Assembly (NCBI GenBank): GCA_013265495.1
Contig: MU058198.1
Span: 2,244,419-2,308,418, forward strand
DNA from: Vicugna vicugna
Lineage: Eukaryota
Reading direction: 5' to 3'
DNA length: 64,000 nt
The notes beneath the pieces are model-generated. The model had not been told where the DNA came from. It searched no databases and worked only from the letters and a program-made list of their open reading frames with translations. Each line of letters begins with the position of its first letter. Position 1 is the first letter of the stretch. Made by a program: the position numbers and the translations under genes. Shown in pieces: positions 14,260 to 26,868 of the stretch.

Positions 14260-14990
14260 CATACATATAATGGAAGTCCCAGGAGGGGAAAGAGAGAGGG
14301 GCATAAAGAATATTTGAAGAAATAATAGCCAAAATCTCTTCAATTTGATGAAAAACTTTAATCTGCATGTTGAAGAATCACAACAAATTCCAAATAGGAT
14401 AGAGTCAAAGTGATCCACACCTAGACACACCATAGTTAGATGATCCGAAGCCTAAGACATAAAGAGAATCTTGAAAACAGCAGGAAAAAAAGTGAACCCT
14501 CACGTACAAGGGATCCTTAATACCATTAACAATTGACTTCTCATCGGAAACCATGAAGCCAAAGAGCAGTGAAATAACATATTCAAAATGCTGCAAGGAA
14601 CAGACTTTCGACTGAGAATTCTACAAAACTATCCTTCAAATATGAAGGAGGAATTAAGACATTCAAAGATAAACAGAAAATCCATCCCTAGCAGACCTGT
14701 CCTATAAGAAATACTGAAAGGAGTCTTCAAACTGAAATAAAAAGTGTTGTGAATCCACATGAAGAAATAGAGCACCATTAATGCAACTACACAGATGCAT
14801 ATAACAGTATCTTTTTGTTTGTAACTCTTTACTCATTAAAATAAAGCAGTAATTATAAAACTGTGTTGATGGTCTTATAATGTCTAGTGATTTACATGAT
14901 AATACTGCAAAAGAAAAGGAGGAAATAGAGGGATATTGGAGCAAAGTTTTGATGTACTATTGAAATTGAGTTAGTATATCTAAGTTGTTG
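14260..14990 (+). mobile_element. Ancient L1 ORF1-region fragment
   Basis: atatttgaagaaataatagccaaaa, acacctagacacaccatagt and gacttctcatcggaaaccatg are typical of decayed L1 ORF1. Confidence 0.75.
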
Positions 14991-15004
14991 GATTTCTTAT
15001 GAGT

Positions 15005-15420
15005 TAAAACCATTTTAAAGTGTACAATTCAGTGATTTTTAGTATATCACGTATTGAACAACCATCGCCAGTATCTAGTTCCAGAGTATTTGCATCATCT
15101 CAAGAAAAAGAAACCCCAAACTTCCCAGTTCCTCCTCTCCTATCCCCTGGCATCCACTAATCTTTCTGTCTCTGGGTTTACCTATTCTAAATATTTCATA
15201 TTAATGGAATAATGTAATATGGAGTCTTAGGTGTCTGGCTTCTTTCACTTAACATAGGGTTTATGCATGTTGTAGCTTGTATCACTGCTTTTTTTTTAAA
15301 TTCCTAGATAATATTCTGTTGTATGGATTTTGTTTATCAGTTGATGGACATTTGGGTGTTTTCCACTTTTTTGCTATTATGAATAATGCTGCTATGAATG
15401 TTCATGTACAAGCTTTTGAT
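15005..15420 (-). mobile_element. L1MB-like 3' end
   Basis: ccattttaaagtgtacaattcagtg...gatggacatttgggtgttttccac...aatgctgctatgaa. Confidence 0.75.
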
Positions 15421-15439
15421 GAAATATATGTATTCTGTT

Positions 15440-15635
15440 TAACTCCAACTGAGTACACTAATACAGTTCAATTCAGACATCAGCTACCTAGAGTTAGCAC
15501 AGCTCCTACAAGTTAAGGGTTCTGTCCTCCACAAGACTGCTCCCAATTCAGACACTGCCACAAGTTCAGGGGGGATCCCACTTCTGACCTGGCTACAAAT
15601 TTGGAATTTCCCACCACCTCCTCAGGTTCAATAAA
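15440..15635. mobile_element. LTR fragment (MER21-like)
   Basis: cagttcaattcagac...ctacctagagttagcacag...aagttaagggttc...cacaagactgc...ctcctcaggttcaataa; family recognised from memory. Confidence 0.55.
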
Positions 15636-15876
15636 GAGAAAGTTATAGAGCTTTGATCGGGGCCATGGAAGCATTGAAGATAGGCAGTCAGCCCAGAATG
15701 GGAATGCAAGAGCTTGTCAAGGAAGACTTCCCAGAAGTGACTTCTAAGCTGCAACTGGAATTTTGAGTCATAGGTGGTAGCCAGGAGAAGATGTTTGGAG
15801 GCAGAGGGAACGGCAAATATGAAGGCCTGGTGTGTTAGAGATGATTTAAGAATTAATTTAAGAATTTGAGCATTGT

Positions 15877-16028
15877 GGGGAGGGTATAGCTCACTGGTAG
15901 AGCACATGCCCAGCATGCACAAGGTCCTGGGTTCAATCCCCGGTACTTCCATTAAAAAATGAATGAACAAACAAACCTAATTGCTACCCCCTCCAAAAAA
16001 AGATTTTTCAAGCCAAAAAAAAAAAAAA
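15877..16028 (+). mobile_element. tRNA-Ala-derived SINE (Vic-1-like)
   Basis: Same head as the 10633 copy, poly-A tail, degenerate TSD (aagaatttgagca versus aggaatttaagca). Confidence 0.88.
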
Positions 16029-19000
16029 GGAATTTAAGCACCAAATATGTAAAAAGAAAAAAGTAGAAGCAATATCATCTAGACCTTTGTAGGCCATTTG
16101 GACTCAGAGGAGAGAGTGTAGAAGAAAAACCAGATCCAACAAAGATCCCTAAAGAACACCAAATTTCATTGCACAGTAGAGAAAAAAGTGTGCAAAAGGA
16201 GAAGGAAAAACTAAAGAGGTATGAGGAAAATAAATAGAACATAGAGTCACCAAAACCAAAGGAAATGTATTTTAAGGAGCTATATCAGATGCTGCTAAAA
16301 TGTTAAGGAAAAGACTTAGAAATATCCATTAGAGTCAGCAGTATAGAATGAATGAGCCTGGCAAGAGCTGTTTCAGTGGGGTGGTTGAGGCAAAAGCCAT
16401 GCTGCAGTAGATTAAAGAGTGAAGGGGAAAAAAAGAAAAGAAAAAGAGAAAAATTTACAAAAAAAAAAAAGTGAAGGAGACTCTAGGAAGTGGAGACAGG
16501 AACTCTTGACAAGGTTAGCAGACAAAGAAGGCCAAGCAGAGCAGACAGAAACACAAGCCTGATGGTACCAAGGGATGGCTTGGCATGATGGGATAGTTTT
16601 GCTTTATGATAAAGGAGACTTAAGCACATTCAGACAATTTTGCAATCCAGAAGAAAAAGAAAATAGTAAGTTAGGCAGCCTCCCAAGGAAAGTGAGAGGG
16701 AATGGGGTCCAAGACAAAGGGAGAAAGATCAACAGGGTGAAAGAACAAATGTGTGCAGATGAATTCGTAAGTTTTGATGGTGGATGGTTGAGGGGGTGCT
16801 GTCTGATGGCCTCTATCTCGGTGGATGGTTCTGACATTGAGGGAGAGTGCAGCAGACCTGGAATGGCCACAGAGGAGAATGGGGAGGCACTGAATTAGGG
16901 AAATCTAACTAGTTTCCGGTTAGTGGTGATGGTCCTGAGGTTGAAACTTAGGAATTTAGAGTTCACCCCTCTGCTCTGGTATATGATTTTCTTCATCAGC
17001 ATTCAGCATCCTGGAAGGAAGTGCAAGAAGGGAAAAATTTATGTTGAATCAGAGTTCATAGTCTTTGCCAAGTGGGTTCAGTAAAAAGATAGAAATTAGA
17101 TGGTAATATGATAGGGAAAGAAGTGAAGACATTAGGAAAGTGATGGACGGGGAGAAAATAGGGGTCAGTGACTGAAAGTGCCAGGGAGGTATAAGAACAG
17201 GTGGGAGTAACAGAAAGGGACACTGTTACTGTAGTGGACACTCGGGACTGGCATAATGAACCTGTTATGTTACTCAGGTTTTCTGATACTGCCTGTGTAA
17301 GGTTTATTAAGATTCCTTGTTTCACCCGGTCATTCTTTTTGGCCAGCTCACTATTTATAAGCACCCACATCTTCAGGTAGAACCCAGAAATCACAGTTGA
17401 TTAAAAGAATCATCACTAGCAGTGCTTTTGGAGGTAAGTATTAAATATGTGAGGTTTTAAAGTTACCTGTAGACTCGTATTTTCTGTGCTTGTGCTTCTG
17501 CTCATTTAAAGTATGAGCTGCTAGGATCTGACTTAAATAGAAAATGCTAAATCATTTCAACAGTGTCTGGATCGATAGATGATAGGTGTGAAAAACCTCT
17601 TTGTTAAAATACCCCATGTAACGGAGTAAGACTCATTATGACTTCCTTTTGTGTGTATGATACACAGGTAACATACTAAGAAGCATGTGGGATGCTGTAG
17701 TTCCTAGTTGGTTTCCTTTTCCCTATTGTGTTCAAGTCTTTTATTTGGCTGGATTGGTTACCTAGGAAACAGCTGCAGGGTAAAGATGGATTGGCTGTTT
17801 GGGGAATGAAATTACAGGCCCCTTCAAGAAGCAAAAGACCTGTTGGATAAAACAAAAATCAGTGAATGGCTGAGTTTATGTTTAATTTAGTGTACTTCAG
17901 GAATCACACTGAGACAGTTCTATATGAGGACCTAGTTAATGCAGCATGATCTTAAAATTTAGCTTGTTTTTAATTCAATTAATGGCCTGCAGAGTGGGCC
18001 ATTCTGGGGGTTTCCGATGAAGTAGAAGGGTCAGTTCCCTCCTGAAAAGCTCATTTTCTGTTTGGGGTTAAAAGAGGCTACCTCAAAATCAAGTGCGCGA
18101 TTATGTGATACAGTCTAAATGTGTTAAGAGAATTTGAAGGATGTAAAAGATCTTGGCTAGTCAGTGTGAGTGATGGATTTGACTATATAGGCGGGAGATA
18201 ATTCTTTGAGGTAAAAGGTGAAATTTAAAGACCTGGTGAAAAAGTTACCTGAATTTATAAGATTCAGTAAGTAGTAACAGCACAGTTAACCCTTGCAGAT
18301 CCCTACGCCCAGACAGCTTATGGGAAATATGTGACTCTGATATAAATTATGTTGCCTTAGAATCTTACTCAAGAAAATGAATTTTAGCAACAGTGTTGAC
18401 CAGCCAGTGTTTGCTCTAGCCCTTGTCTACTTTACTTAAGGGAAGTATTTTCACTGAAGGTGTGACAGAATATTAGTTTTGGAACCTTAGACCACTACAG
18501 TAATCCTAAGAATGTAAGAGACACTCAATAAAATATTTGTGAATTGATTTTCTTACATACAGTATACCTTCTTGTTGTTAGTTAGCTTTCTTTTCTTCCA
18601 GAATGTAGCTGTTGGATATTGGTCTTGATTTGTGGTGATAAGGACTTCGGTAAATACCGGAGCATATATCTTTTAAAACTGAACATCTGTCAGGTTAGTT
18701 CCATTTGGTTTATGGAAAGTATAGCTATAATTTTCATTTTCTTACTTGTTCTATTCGTATTCACTTGATGTGGTATGCCAGTCAGGAGAGGAGGGAAAAA
18801 CAATCCTACACAGAAAGCTTAGCAATCTACAGGCATAGGAAGTTCAATTTGAGCCCTAATACTCCTCCATGTCCATAAACGGAGAGTTAAGAGAGGCAAC
18901 ATGAGGATACTTAGAAATATTTTGAAGGAGAGATGTTTTAGGTATGAATTACTGAACCTACAGCCTTAAATATTTGCCAGCAAAAAAAAAAAATCAAAGA

Positions 19001-21129
19001 TAATCTAAGTCCACTAGCTACATAGAATTGCCAGTGAAACTTTATATTTTAAATTAAGTTGTGAAGAAAAATTGTTGCTATAATCAGAATCTATACTATT
19101 GAATTTTACCAGAGTCTTTCATTGCCTGTTGTCTAGTCTTAAAGTAATTACAGCTCTTATAAATGGGATAGTGACTACAGAGGGTAATTTGTTAGAAGTT
19201 TTTTGCTGAGTGATCAGGAGTGGTTTCCTCTCAGGAGTGCTTGAGCACTGCTGTGAATGCCTTCTTTATTTCCAAAATTACAATAAAATGCTTTATCATA
19301 GTAAGGCACGCCCTCTCCCCCAAGTTGTCTTTTCATGGAAACTTTTTAGTGTTTCATTTTAAGAACAAGTATGCAACTCTCTGGCTTCTAGTACCCCTAA
19401 CCTCTCCCCTTCTCTGGTTTCAAGGAATTACCATGATACTTTAAAGGTTACAAGGGATTGTCAAAAACTTTGAACTGATTTACTTCTCTTTGGCCTATGA
19501 AGTCACTTCGCTCCAACAGCAGTTAGAAGGAGGAATAGCGTGGGGTTCCTGGGGAGGTCTGCTCACTTTAGATTCCTCTCCCACCCCTCATCTGCTTCTG
19601 TCCCGCTGAGGATGATCCCATAATTATAAGGCCATCTGCACTTATGCGCAAAGGCCTAATTATTGGATGACTTGAGAGAAAGGTACAATTTGTTTGAGTT
19701 ATCTTCTTCTACTCTTTCAAAAGAGTTACAGTCAGGTTTAGCATTAGAGAAAAAGACTACATCTCAATTTTGAGAGCAGAGCTGATTTTTCGCTTTGTTT
19801 TCTTTGAACACATTGATTATTTCTAAAAATGTACTAATGACAAATGCAAGTTGCAGGAAAGCCCCCTCCTTCCAACAGCCCCACGTACCCACGTATACAT
19901 CTGTGTATACAGATCCAGTCCTGGTCTGTCCTCTCCCACTCAGGGCATCTTATCAACATGCCTCTAGGAATTTTACTGACTGTCCTCAAAAAAGGCACTT
20001 GTTCACGGGAAGTGCTGTGATTTTGAGGTTAATGTCTTTTTGTGGTAGTTGTTGTTGTTACTGATAATGAGAAAATAAGCCCCCCAAAAGATGCAGACAT
20101 CTATTATGTTTCCAGTGTCTCCAAAAATTTCTTTTGTCCTTTTGGCAACTGTTTTCCCATTTGCAGTTGCTCTTAAAGGGGAAGCAAACGTTTACTCAAA
20201 AGTAACATTTTAATTACCCTTCTTAGTGGAGAGGAGGATAAAATAACTACTTTTTCATCTTCCTTATCTAGGTTTCTGTATTATCAGTTCACCCCAAATT
20301 TGATAGAGGGGTTCCTTGGGTTTGACATGAGAACATATTTGTGTAGAAATAGTACTTGATGTTTTACATAAAGCCACTTTCATGTTCTTTAAATAGGAGA
20401 GGGGGCACTTTAAAAATTATCACTAATTCCTTTACATTTTTCGACTGAAGCATGCTAGTAATTGGTGATGTGAACACTTGTACGTTGTAGAAAAGTTGCT
20501 GACCTTACTAAATGGGATAAACCTACTAGTTTTTCCAACATTTTCTTGAATTTAATGGAAAAGTACTTATGTTGTAATATTCTTAGACCTTTTAAGTTTA
20601 GTAAAATATATTGGCTCTAGTATTTAATCTATTATTTAATTTTATTTATGTATTACACTTGGACATATTTCATGTTTGCTTTCATTTTTTTAAAAAGTGT
20701 GTTTATCCTCAGCCAAAATAAAATAATATACATTGAGTCTTGGATCTGGGAACGAAAAAGTTCCAGTTCTTTCTGCTAGTACGTAAGCTCAGCAAGAGCA
20801 GGCCCCTCATCTGTCTTGTCCACTGTTGTTTCCCTGAGCCTAGAAAAGTGCCTGATGCAAGTACTCAGAAGTATTTAATGAATGAATGAGTGAATTGCCT
20901 TCTGTGACTTGAGGGTTTTTTTTTTCTCTTAAGGTCATTTTGTACGTTAAGCCCAGTGTTACTACACTGTGAACTATAGGAGAATTCTGAAGAGTAGGAC
21001 TCGGTGGAGGCTGAGTGCTTGAATGACCCACACAGAGAAATGAGATTTAAGGACTAAAGGGTGTTGCAGGGGTTATTCCCTGCGTGTGCCAAACCCACTA
21101 AAATATTCCCACCTTTTGCGTCTCCCCAG

Positions 21130-21342
21130 GAGCACTCACTGTGGGCCTTGTGCGACAGTGTCAAACAATCCACGGACGAGACCGGACATGCATCCCACCT
21201 CGGCTTCCCCCGGAGTGGGTCACGACACTATTTTTTATCATCATGGGAATCATTTCATTGACTGTCACATGTGGTTTGCTGGTGGCTTCCCACTGGCGAA
21301 GAGAAGCTACAAAATATGCTCGATGGATAGCATTCACTGGAA
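21130..21342 (+). CDS. MOSMO: MOSMO coding exon 2 (213 nt; exon 1 lies upstream of the window)
   Basis: Acceptor ccccag at 21124-21129, donor gtaagt at 21343. Translates (G)ALTVGLVRQCQTIHGRDRTCIPPRLPPEWVTTLFFIIMGIISLTVTCGLLVASHWRREATKYARWIAFTG, matching the MOSMO/C16orf52 tetraspan as I recall it (claudin-like GL..C..C loop). Confidence 0.97.
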
Positions 21343-22004
21343 GTAAGTAACCTTGCTTACTAAGTTAGTCTAGAAGGCACTCACACTGGTAATTTTATGA
21401 AGATAATCAAGAATCAGTAATAAAGGCTCATCATCAAAGAACACCGCTTGTGTACGGCCGTCACATAGACTCTGCACAGTCCCATCAGCGCTTCAGAATT
21501 CTCACTACAAGACCAGGACATCCAAAACTTTAATTGCCTTGTATAAAATGCTATTTTAATGATTTCTTTTTTTTTTTTCTTTGCTCACATTGTGACGTAA
21601 GTGTACCAGATCTGTGACTCAGAGCTACCGCTAATCTGAGTCTTTTCCTCTTCTTAAAGGTACTGGTATCTTCTATCAAATAAAGATAAATCTAAAAGGA
21701 AATACACAGAAATATAAATTAGATTAAGGTGGTGATTTGTTTTTTAATATTATTGATTTTGAGTTTCTACTGTTAATTTTTATGTGACCACTGAAAAATC
21801 AACACATTTGGTTATTTAATAATTGTTTATCAACATTTCTTACCTCATTAAGCTATGCCCAAGGGGATGATATATTTACATATTACACATTCTCTTGTAC
21901 TTTCCAAACTTGGTTTAATTTTAAAACACAACAGAAGCTTTTCTCAAGTTAAAAGCAACAAAAATGCACAAAGGAAAGATATTTCTGTAATTCTGCTTTC
22001 TTTC

Positions 22005-22197
22005 TAAAGCAATTTTGGGACATTTGTCAGTGTGTGGAAATATTTTTGATTGTCACAACTAGGGGGATGCTACTGGCAGCCACTGGATAGAAGCCAGGGA
22101 TGCTGCTAAACCTCCTGCAGATGCACAGAACAGCCCCCACAGCAAAGACCTATCAGGCACTGAATGACAGACAGTAGGGCCTGTTGAGGAACCCTGC
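22005..22197 (+). mobile_element. MER20-like hAT MITE in MOSMO intron 2
   Basis: gattgtcacaactaggggga tgctactggca...gccagggatgctgctaaac...gaggaaccctg. Confidence 0.8.
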
Positions 22198-25100
22198 TTT
22201 AAAGAACAGAGTAACTATACCTGTGCCAAACACTATGGGATTAATTTCTAATTCAATATCTTAAATCATCTGAGGTTTTCATAAGTTTTGTTTTTAAAAA
22301 GGAATTTCATAACACAGCTAACTTTCACTTGGTCCTGTCATGTAGAACTTGTATGATGGGGAAGGCATAACCCATGTATCCCTATTAAGGTTGAAACTCA
22401 ATTTATTCTTAAAGCTCATAGGGTAGGGATATTAGTTCATGAGTCTGTTTCTCCTCTCTCTGTGAAACTCTCTCTTTAGAGAATGTACATGTTTCTGAAT
22501 CTGTTGTTTTATTTTTGTCTCTATATCTCCCTTAATTTTAAAATTTAGGTCAAGTTGCCATTGACATAAAAACTTTTCTTTATCCTTGTTAAGAAATGTG
22601 AGACAAGTTGATGATCTTGTCTGAGGTAAGACAGACCTCCTGAGACAATTCTTCTCTAAACAGTAGGGTCTGGAGGTGGTTATAGAGACAGGTTATATAG
22701 GTGCTAAATTAAAGGGTATTGATTAGGAATTTAAAGAAAATCTTTACTCATCAATACAATTACTTATCCAGATGGAGTTCACTCTTCAAGGAGTAAAATA
22801 AAATCAAGGAAGGATTCAGTTCATGGATTTAGTTGAAATATGGGGATGCATATGCTCTGAATACCAAAAAATCTAAAATATAAATTAGCAAAGAAGTATG
22901 AGTCAGAGAAAGCATTAAGATGCTCACATAAGCCATTGGTTCTTGTGACCCAATAAAGGGAAAGAACTATGATTTATCTTTTTCATCCCCCTTCAGAGAA
23001 TATTTAAGTATGTATTTAATGTATAGCTACCTCCACATGCAGGGTGTTTTTCCTTTACTTTTCAGTTAAATAATTTAACTTTTTAAAATAATATTTGCAT
23101 GATACATAATTCAAAGCCCATGAAAGGGTCACCAAGTGAAAAGTAAGTCTCAGGCCCTGTTATCAAGTTATCTAATACTTTCCTGGAAGCAACCATTCTT
23201 ACCAGTTTATGGAGTTTCCTACCAGAGGTGTTCTATGCATAGAAATATATATATATATATATGTGTGAGTGTTCTGTAAGTATATGTTTATTTATTTTAC
23301 TTATACTATTTTGTACCTTGTTTTTTTTTTGGTTCAGCAATATATCTTGGAGTTGATACCATCTAAGTAAGCATAGAGCCGCATTAACTCTTAGCTTCCT
23401 TAAATACATTGCTTTTGTTACCAGAGCTAGTCTCCTAGAGTGGCAGTCATGAGAGGGATTGGGCTCCCCCTAGTGTTTCTGTTCAGGCTTTGAAAATGGG
23501 CTTCATCTTTATCGTATGTATTTCTATTCCAGTTAAGCTGTAGTTTCGGTAAGAATACAAAGCTAACCGGTTTATACAGTATCTCTCAAAGGAGAGCCAC
23601 ACATGATGGGGCTCACCAATGGGGGCAAAGGTGACAAAGATCCGTCTTTTCCTTCAAGCCTGACTCTTGTCCTTGCTTTTGCCACCCTAATTTACTCATC
23701 TGTCTACCAGTAGACCTAATATCTGACTTTTACCAAGAAATCTATGCCATAGCGGATGTGAAGTTATGTCTTTACAGACTTATTTAGGACCCAGAATTTA
23801 ATTGTCAAAAGTTGATAGATATTTTCAGCATTAACAATATTTTAAGATCTAAAGTAGCTTCACGGGTCTTAATAGCTTAAAAAAAAAAAAAAACTTCATC
23901 TACCAACATTAAATCTCCCCATGAAGTATAGAGAACCTAATTCCTTGGATTAAGAACCAATATTGGGTTGAATTAGGAGTTCATTGCTTCCTTGAAATTT
24001 GATTAAGCTTTTCCTAACCAGTTTGGAAAATATTTAACATTTGTAAAATATTAAACCTTGCTTTAAATATGGTTATTAAAATGATTACTCCATTATAGAG
24101 GATAGATTTTTATTTTATAGTAGAAAATAGGAAAGGATAGGAATGAAGTTGGCACATCAGTTAACAGAATGAACAGCTGTAATGTCTACATGTCTCTAAA
24201 GCACTTCTAAATTATTTTAGCTTTTCTTGAGGTTAGATTAATCAACATTAAAGAACAAATTGTTTTTAAAACAGTAATGTCCCATTGCTTTTTATTAGAT
24301 TGTGGTTTCATTTTACTTTTCAAACCATATTAAGGCATAAGAACCACTAGATATTGGTGACAGATAACACTGAAAAGGGGGCATTGGCAGCACTAATAAA
24401 GTTATTTGTTGCTAACTATGCAACAGAAAGGCCAAAAGTTGTAATACTTAATGCCTGGATTTTCCACTTTTTTCTATAGTAGATACCCAAAGGAATCTAA
24501 ATTCACTATGTAACATTATTTGGTGTGGTCGCTTTCCCAGAATGAAACAGGCTCTATGTCTGTTTAATATAAAATAATCCACCTAAATTGTGCAAAGCAA
24601 GGAAAAGTACTGGTGTGTTTTCTTAAGCTAATGCATTACTTAAGAAAATGTTACTTTTTAATGCATTTCTGGAGCCAAATATGCCTAATTGGCTTTTTCA
24701 GGACTCTTATTAAATTTTTTTGATTAACACAAAAATAATTTAGGGCATGTCAGCTGGTATGTTTATCCAGGACTCTAGTCAGTATTGCTGGGGATGGGTT
24801 TAACTCTGAAGTTTTCTCATTTAGTTAATAATGGAGATAACTGTACTAGTCTGTCTTTACTTTGCACTGAAGAAATGTTTCTGCCTTCAAAGAAATTTGA
24901 AGGACTATGAACATTTGACATCTGTGCTTTCAAAAAGCATAAAATATGTTATTGGGAAAGCCAGACTATCTAAAGGTAATTTGTATTCCCTAAGAAGAGC
25001 GTTTCTTTAGTAGCACAGGGCAGCTTGCTGTTTCATAAAACAGTCGACTGCGGAATTTCTTCTACCCAGACACTGGGTTTTCTGATATCTTTATAAAAAC

Positions 25101-25912
25101 ATGTTAGCAAATAATATATTTCATTGTGTTTGTATACAGAATTCATAGGTTTTCCCACCCTCCCCTACTTTTAAACTGTGTGTATTCAGAAACCTGGGGG
25201 GTTTTTTGTCTTTGTTTGTTTGGGGGGGACGTTGTCCATGGTGAGAGATAGCCACTCTGACAACTTGTTTCTCATCCCAGAAGTCTGTGGTTCTTTCCAC
25301 TAGATGATTTTAAATCAGGGTAAGATAAATGGTACTTATATTTGTATGTACCTTTTCTCAATTCCTTCTAAATAATACCAACTGAGAGAGCAGAGAATTG
25401 GCAAAATAACAACTAGGATGATAGTAACATGAAGCATTTATTCAGCACTTACTATCCACTGGCACTGTTTCAGGGACTTGACATTGTTTTGTTTATCCTT
25501 CTACTATTTACCCATTTTCAGAATTTCAGAAGCCTGAAATTACACCATTAGTAAGTAGTAGAGCCAAAATTTAGCCCCCATCTGACACTAGCCAGAGCCC
25601 TTGGTCACTACTTTAAATGGTCAAGAATTGTATATGCAAGTACTTAGTAGGTTTGGAGGCCTTCCTTAATGCTGGTATTTGAAACTGTATCTAAAATGTT
25701 AACCGAGCTTTTACTGTATTTAATTGTTAGGCTTTGGGGATGTTATGTGATCTCTAGTACATGCAAATCTTTTGATAAGTAATCCATGTTGTAAGTTGTG
25801 ACCATGTTATCAATCCACAACCCTTCTTATAAACTTCCTTTGTGCCAAATTTTCATTGTTTTCTTAATCATCAAACCATGTTACTAATGCTGTGTTTTGG
25901 TTTGTTTTACAG

Positions 25913-26097
25913 TGATCCTTTTCTGTATGGCTGCCCTAATATTTCCGATAGGATTTTACATCAATGAAGTCGGAGGTCAACCTTATAAATTACCCAACAA
26001 CACAGTAGTTGGGTCATCATATGTACTTTTTGTCTTATCAATTTTCTTTACAATAGTAGGACTTCTATTTGCCGGCAAAGTTTGTTTACCAGGCTGA
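25913..26097 (+). CDS. MOSMO: MOSMO terminal coding exon 3 (185 nt coding)
   Basis: Branch point-like tactaat at 25882, acceptor tttacag ending 25912. The A from exon 2 plus TG gives Met, then ILFCMAALIFPIGFYINEVGGQPYKLPNNTVVGSSYVLFVLSIFFTIVGLLFAGKVCLPG*. Phase is compatible with exon 2. Confidence 0.97.
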
Positions 26098-26760
26098 TGA
26101 ATGTCTAAATTGCTTGACTCTTTTATTATTTTTTATTTTATTTTATTTTTTTACTTTTGGAGGGTGGGGAGGACAAAGGCAAGACATCTGAGCAGTCCTC
26201 TCATAGGGAGACGCTTAGATGAAACTGATGCTGAAAAGGAAAAACAAGATGCTTTGATTTGTTCTCACTATGCACTTTGGATTTAAAAACAAAAATTAAG
26301 GAGAGCCTTTTCCATAACCAAATACAGACAATATTGACTAAGTCTCCTGAGCATTTTCAGGCAGTCAGGTCTGCACTGTGATAGCAACCTAGTGAAGGAG
26401 AATGCTTTATACTGAAAAGCATGTGGCCCTTTGTGACTCTGTTGTTCCATTTTTAACGTCTAATGATTCATTTGAGGGAGGAAAAAAAAAGTCTAAGTAT
26501 TTATGAATCATGGTGGACCAGAGGTACAAGAGAAGTTCATGTGGGGCTGGCCTCACCTCCTAAGAAATTAGTGTTCACAGCTTCCTTGCCATGGTATGAG
26601 CCTTTGGCACCAGAATGGATTGCCATTGCATTACTGCACCAAGAAGCCAATAGATCAAAACTTGTTCGCTAAAATGTATGTAAAAATTCTGAAGTTCCCT
26701 ATTCTCTGTGTACAAAAAAAATCAAACACTAAGAAAAATGTTTTTGGGGGTGGGTGGGTG

Positions 26761-26868
26761 ATTATATAAAAATATATATATATAATATATATATTTTGCT
26801 GATGCAGTATACAGTGTGTATATATGTGTGTGTGTGTATGTGTGTGTAAATTTATATACACACACATG
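26761..26868 (+). repeat. (TA)n/(TG)n/(CA)n compound microsatellite in the MOSMO 3'UTR
   Basis: Direct observation. Confidence 0.9.

Noticed and set aside
21141..21350. ORF-track 69-aa protein ending FTGSK*
   Set aside because: This is MOSMO exon 2 read into the intron from a GTG, not a separate gene.
21630..21730. Possible acceptor (gctaat...tcttttcctcttcttaaag) with nearby AATAAA in MOSMO intron 2
   Set aside because: AAG acceptors are weak, the AATAAA lies inside the would-be reading frame and there is no other support.
26101..26286. 61-aa ORF starting in frame right after the MOSMO double stop (TGA TGA ATG), with a hydrophobic stretch
   Set aside because: The hydrophobic run comes from a (TTTTA)n tract, two stops block readthrough, and nothing else suggests coding.
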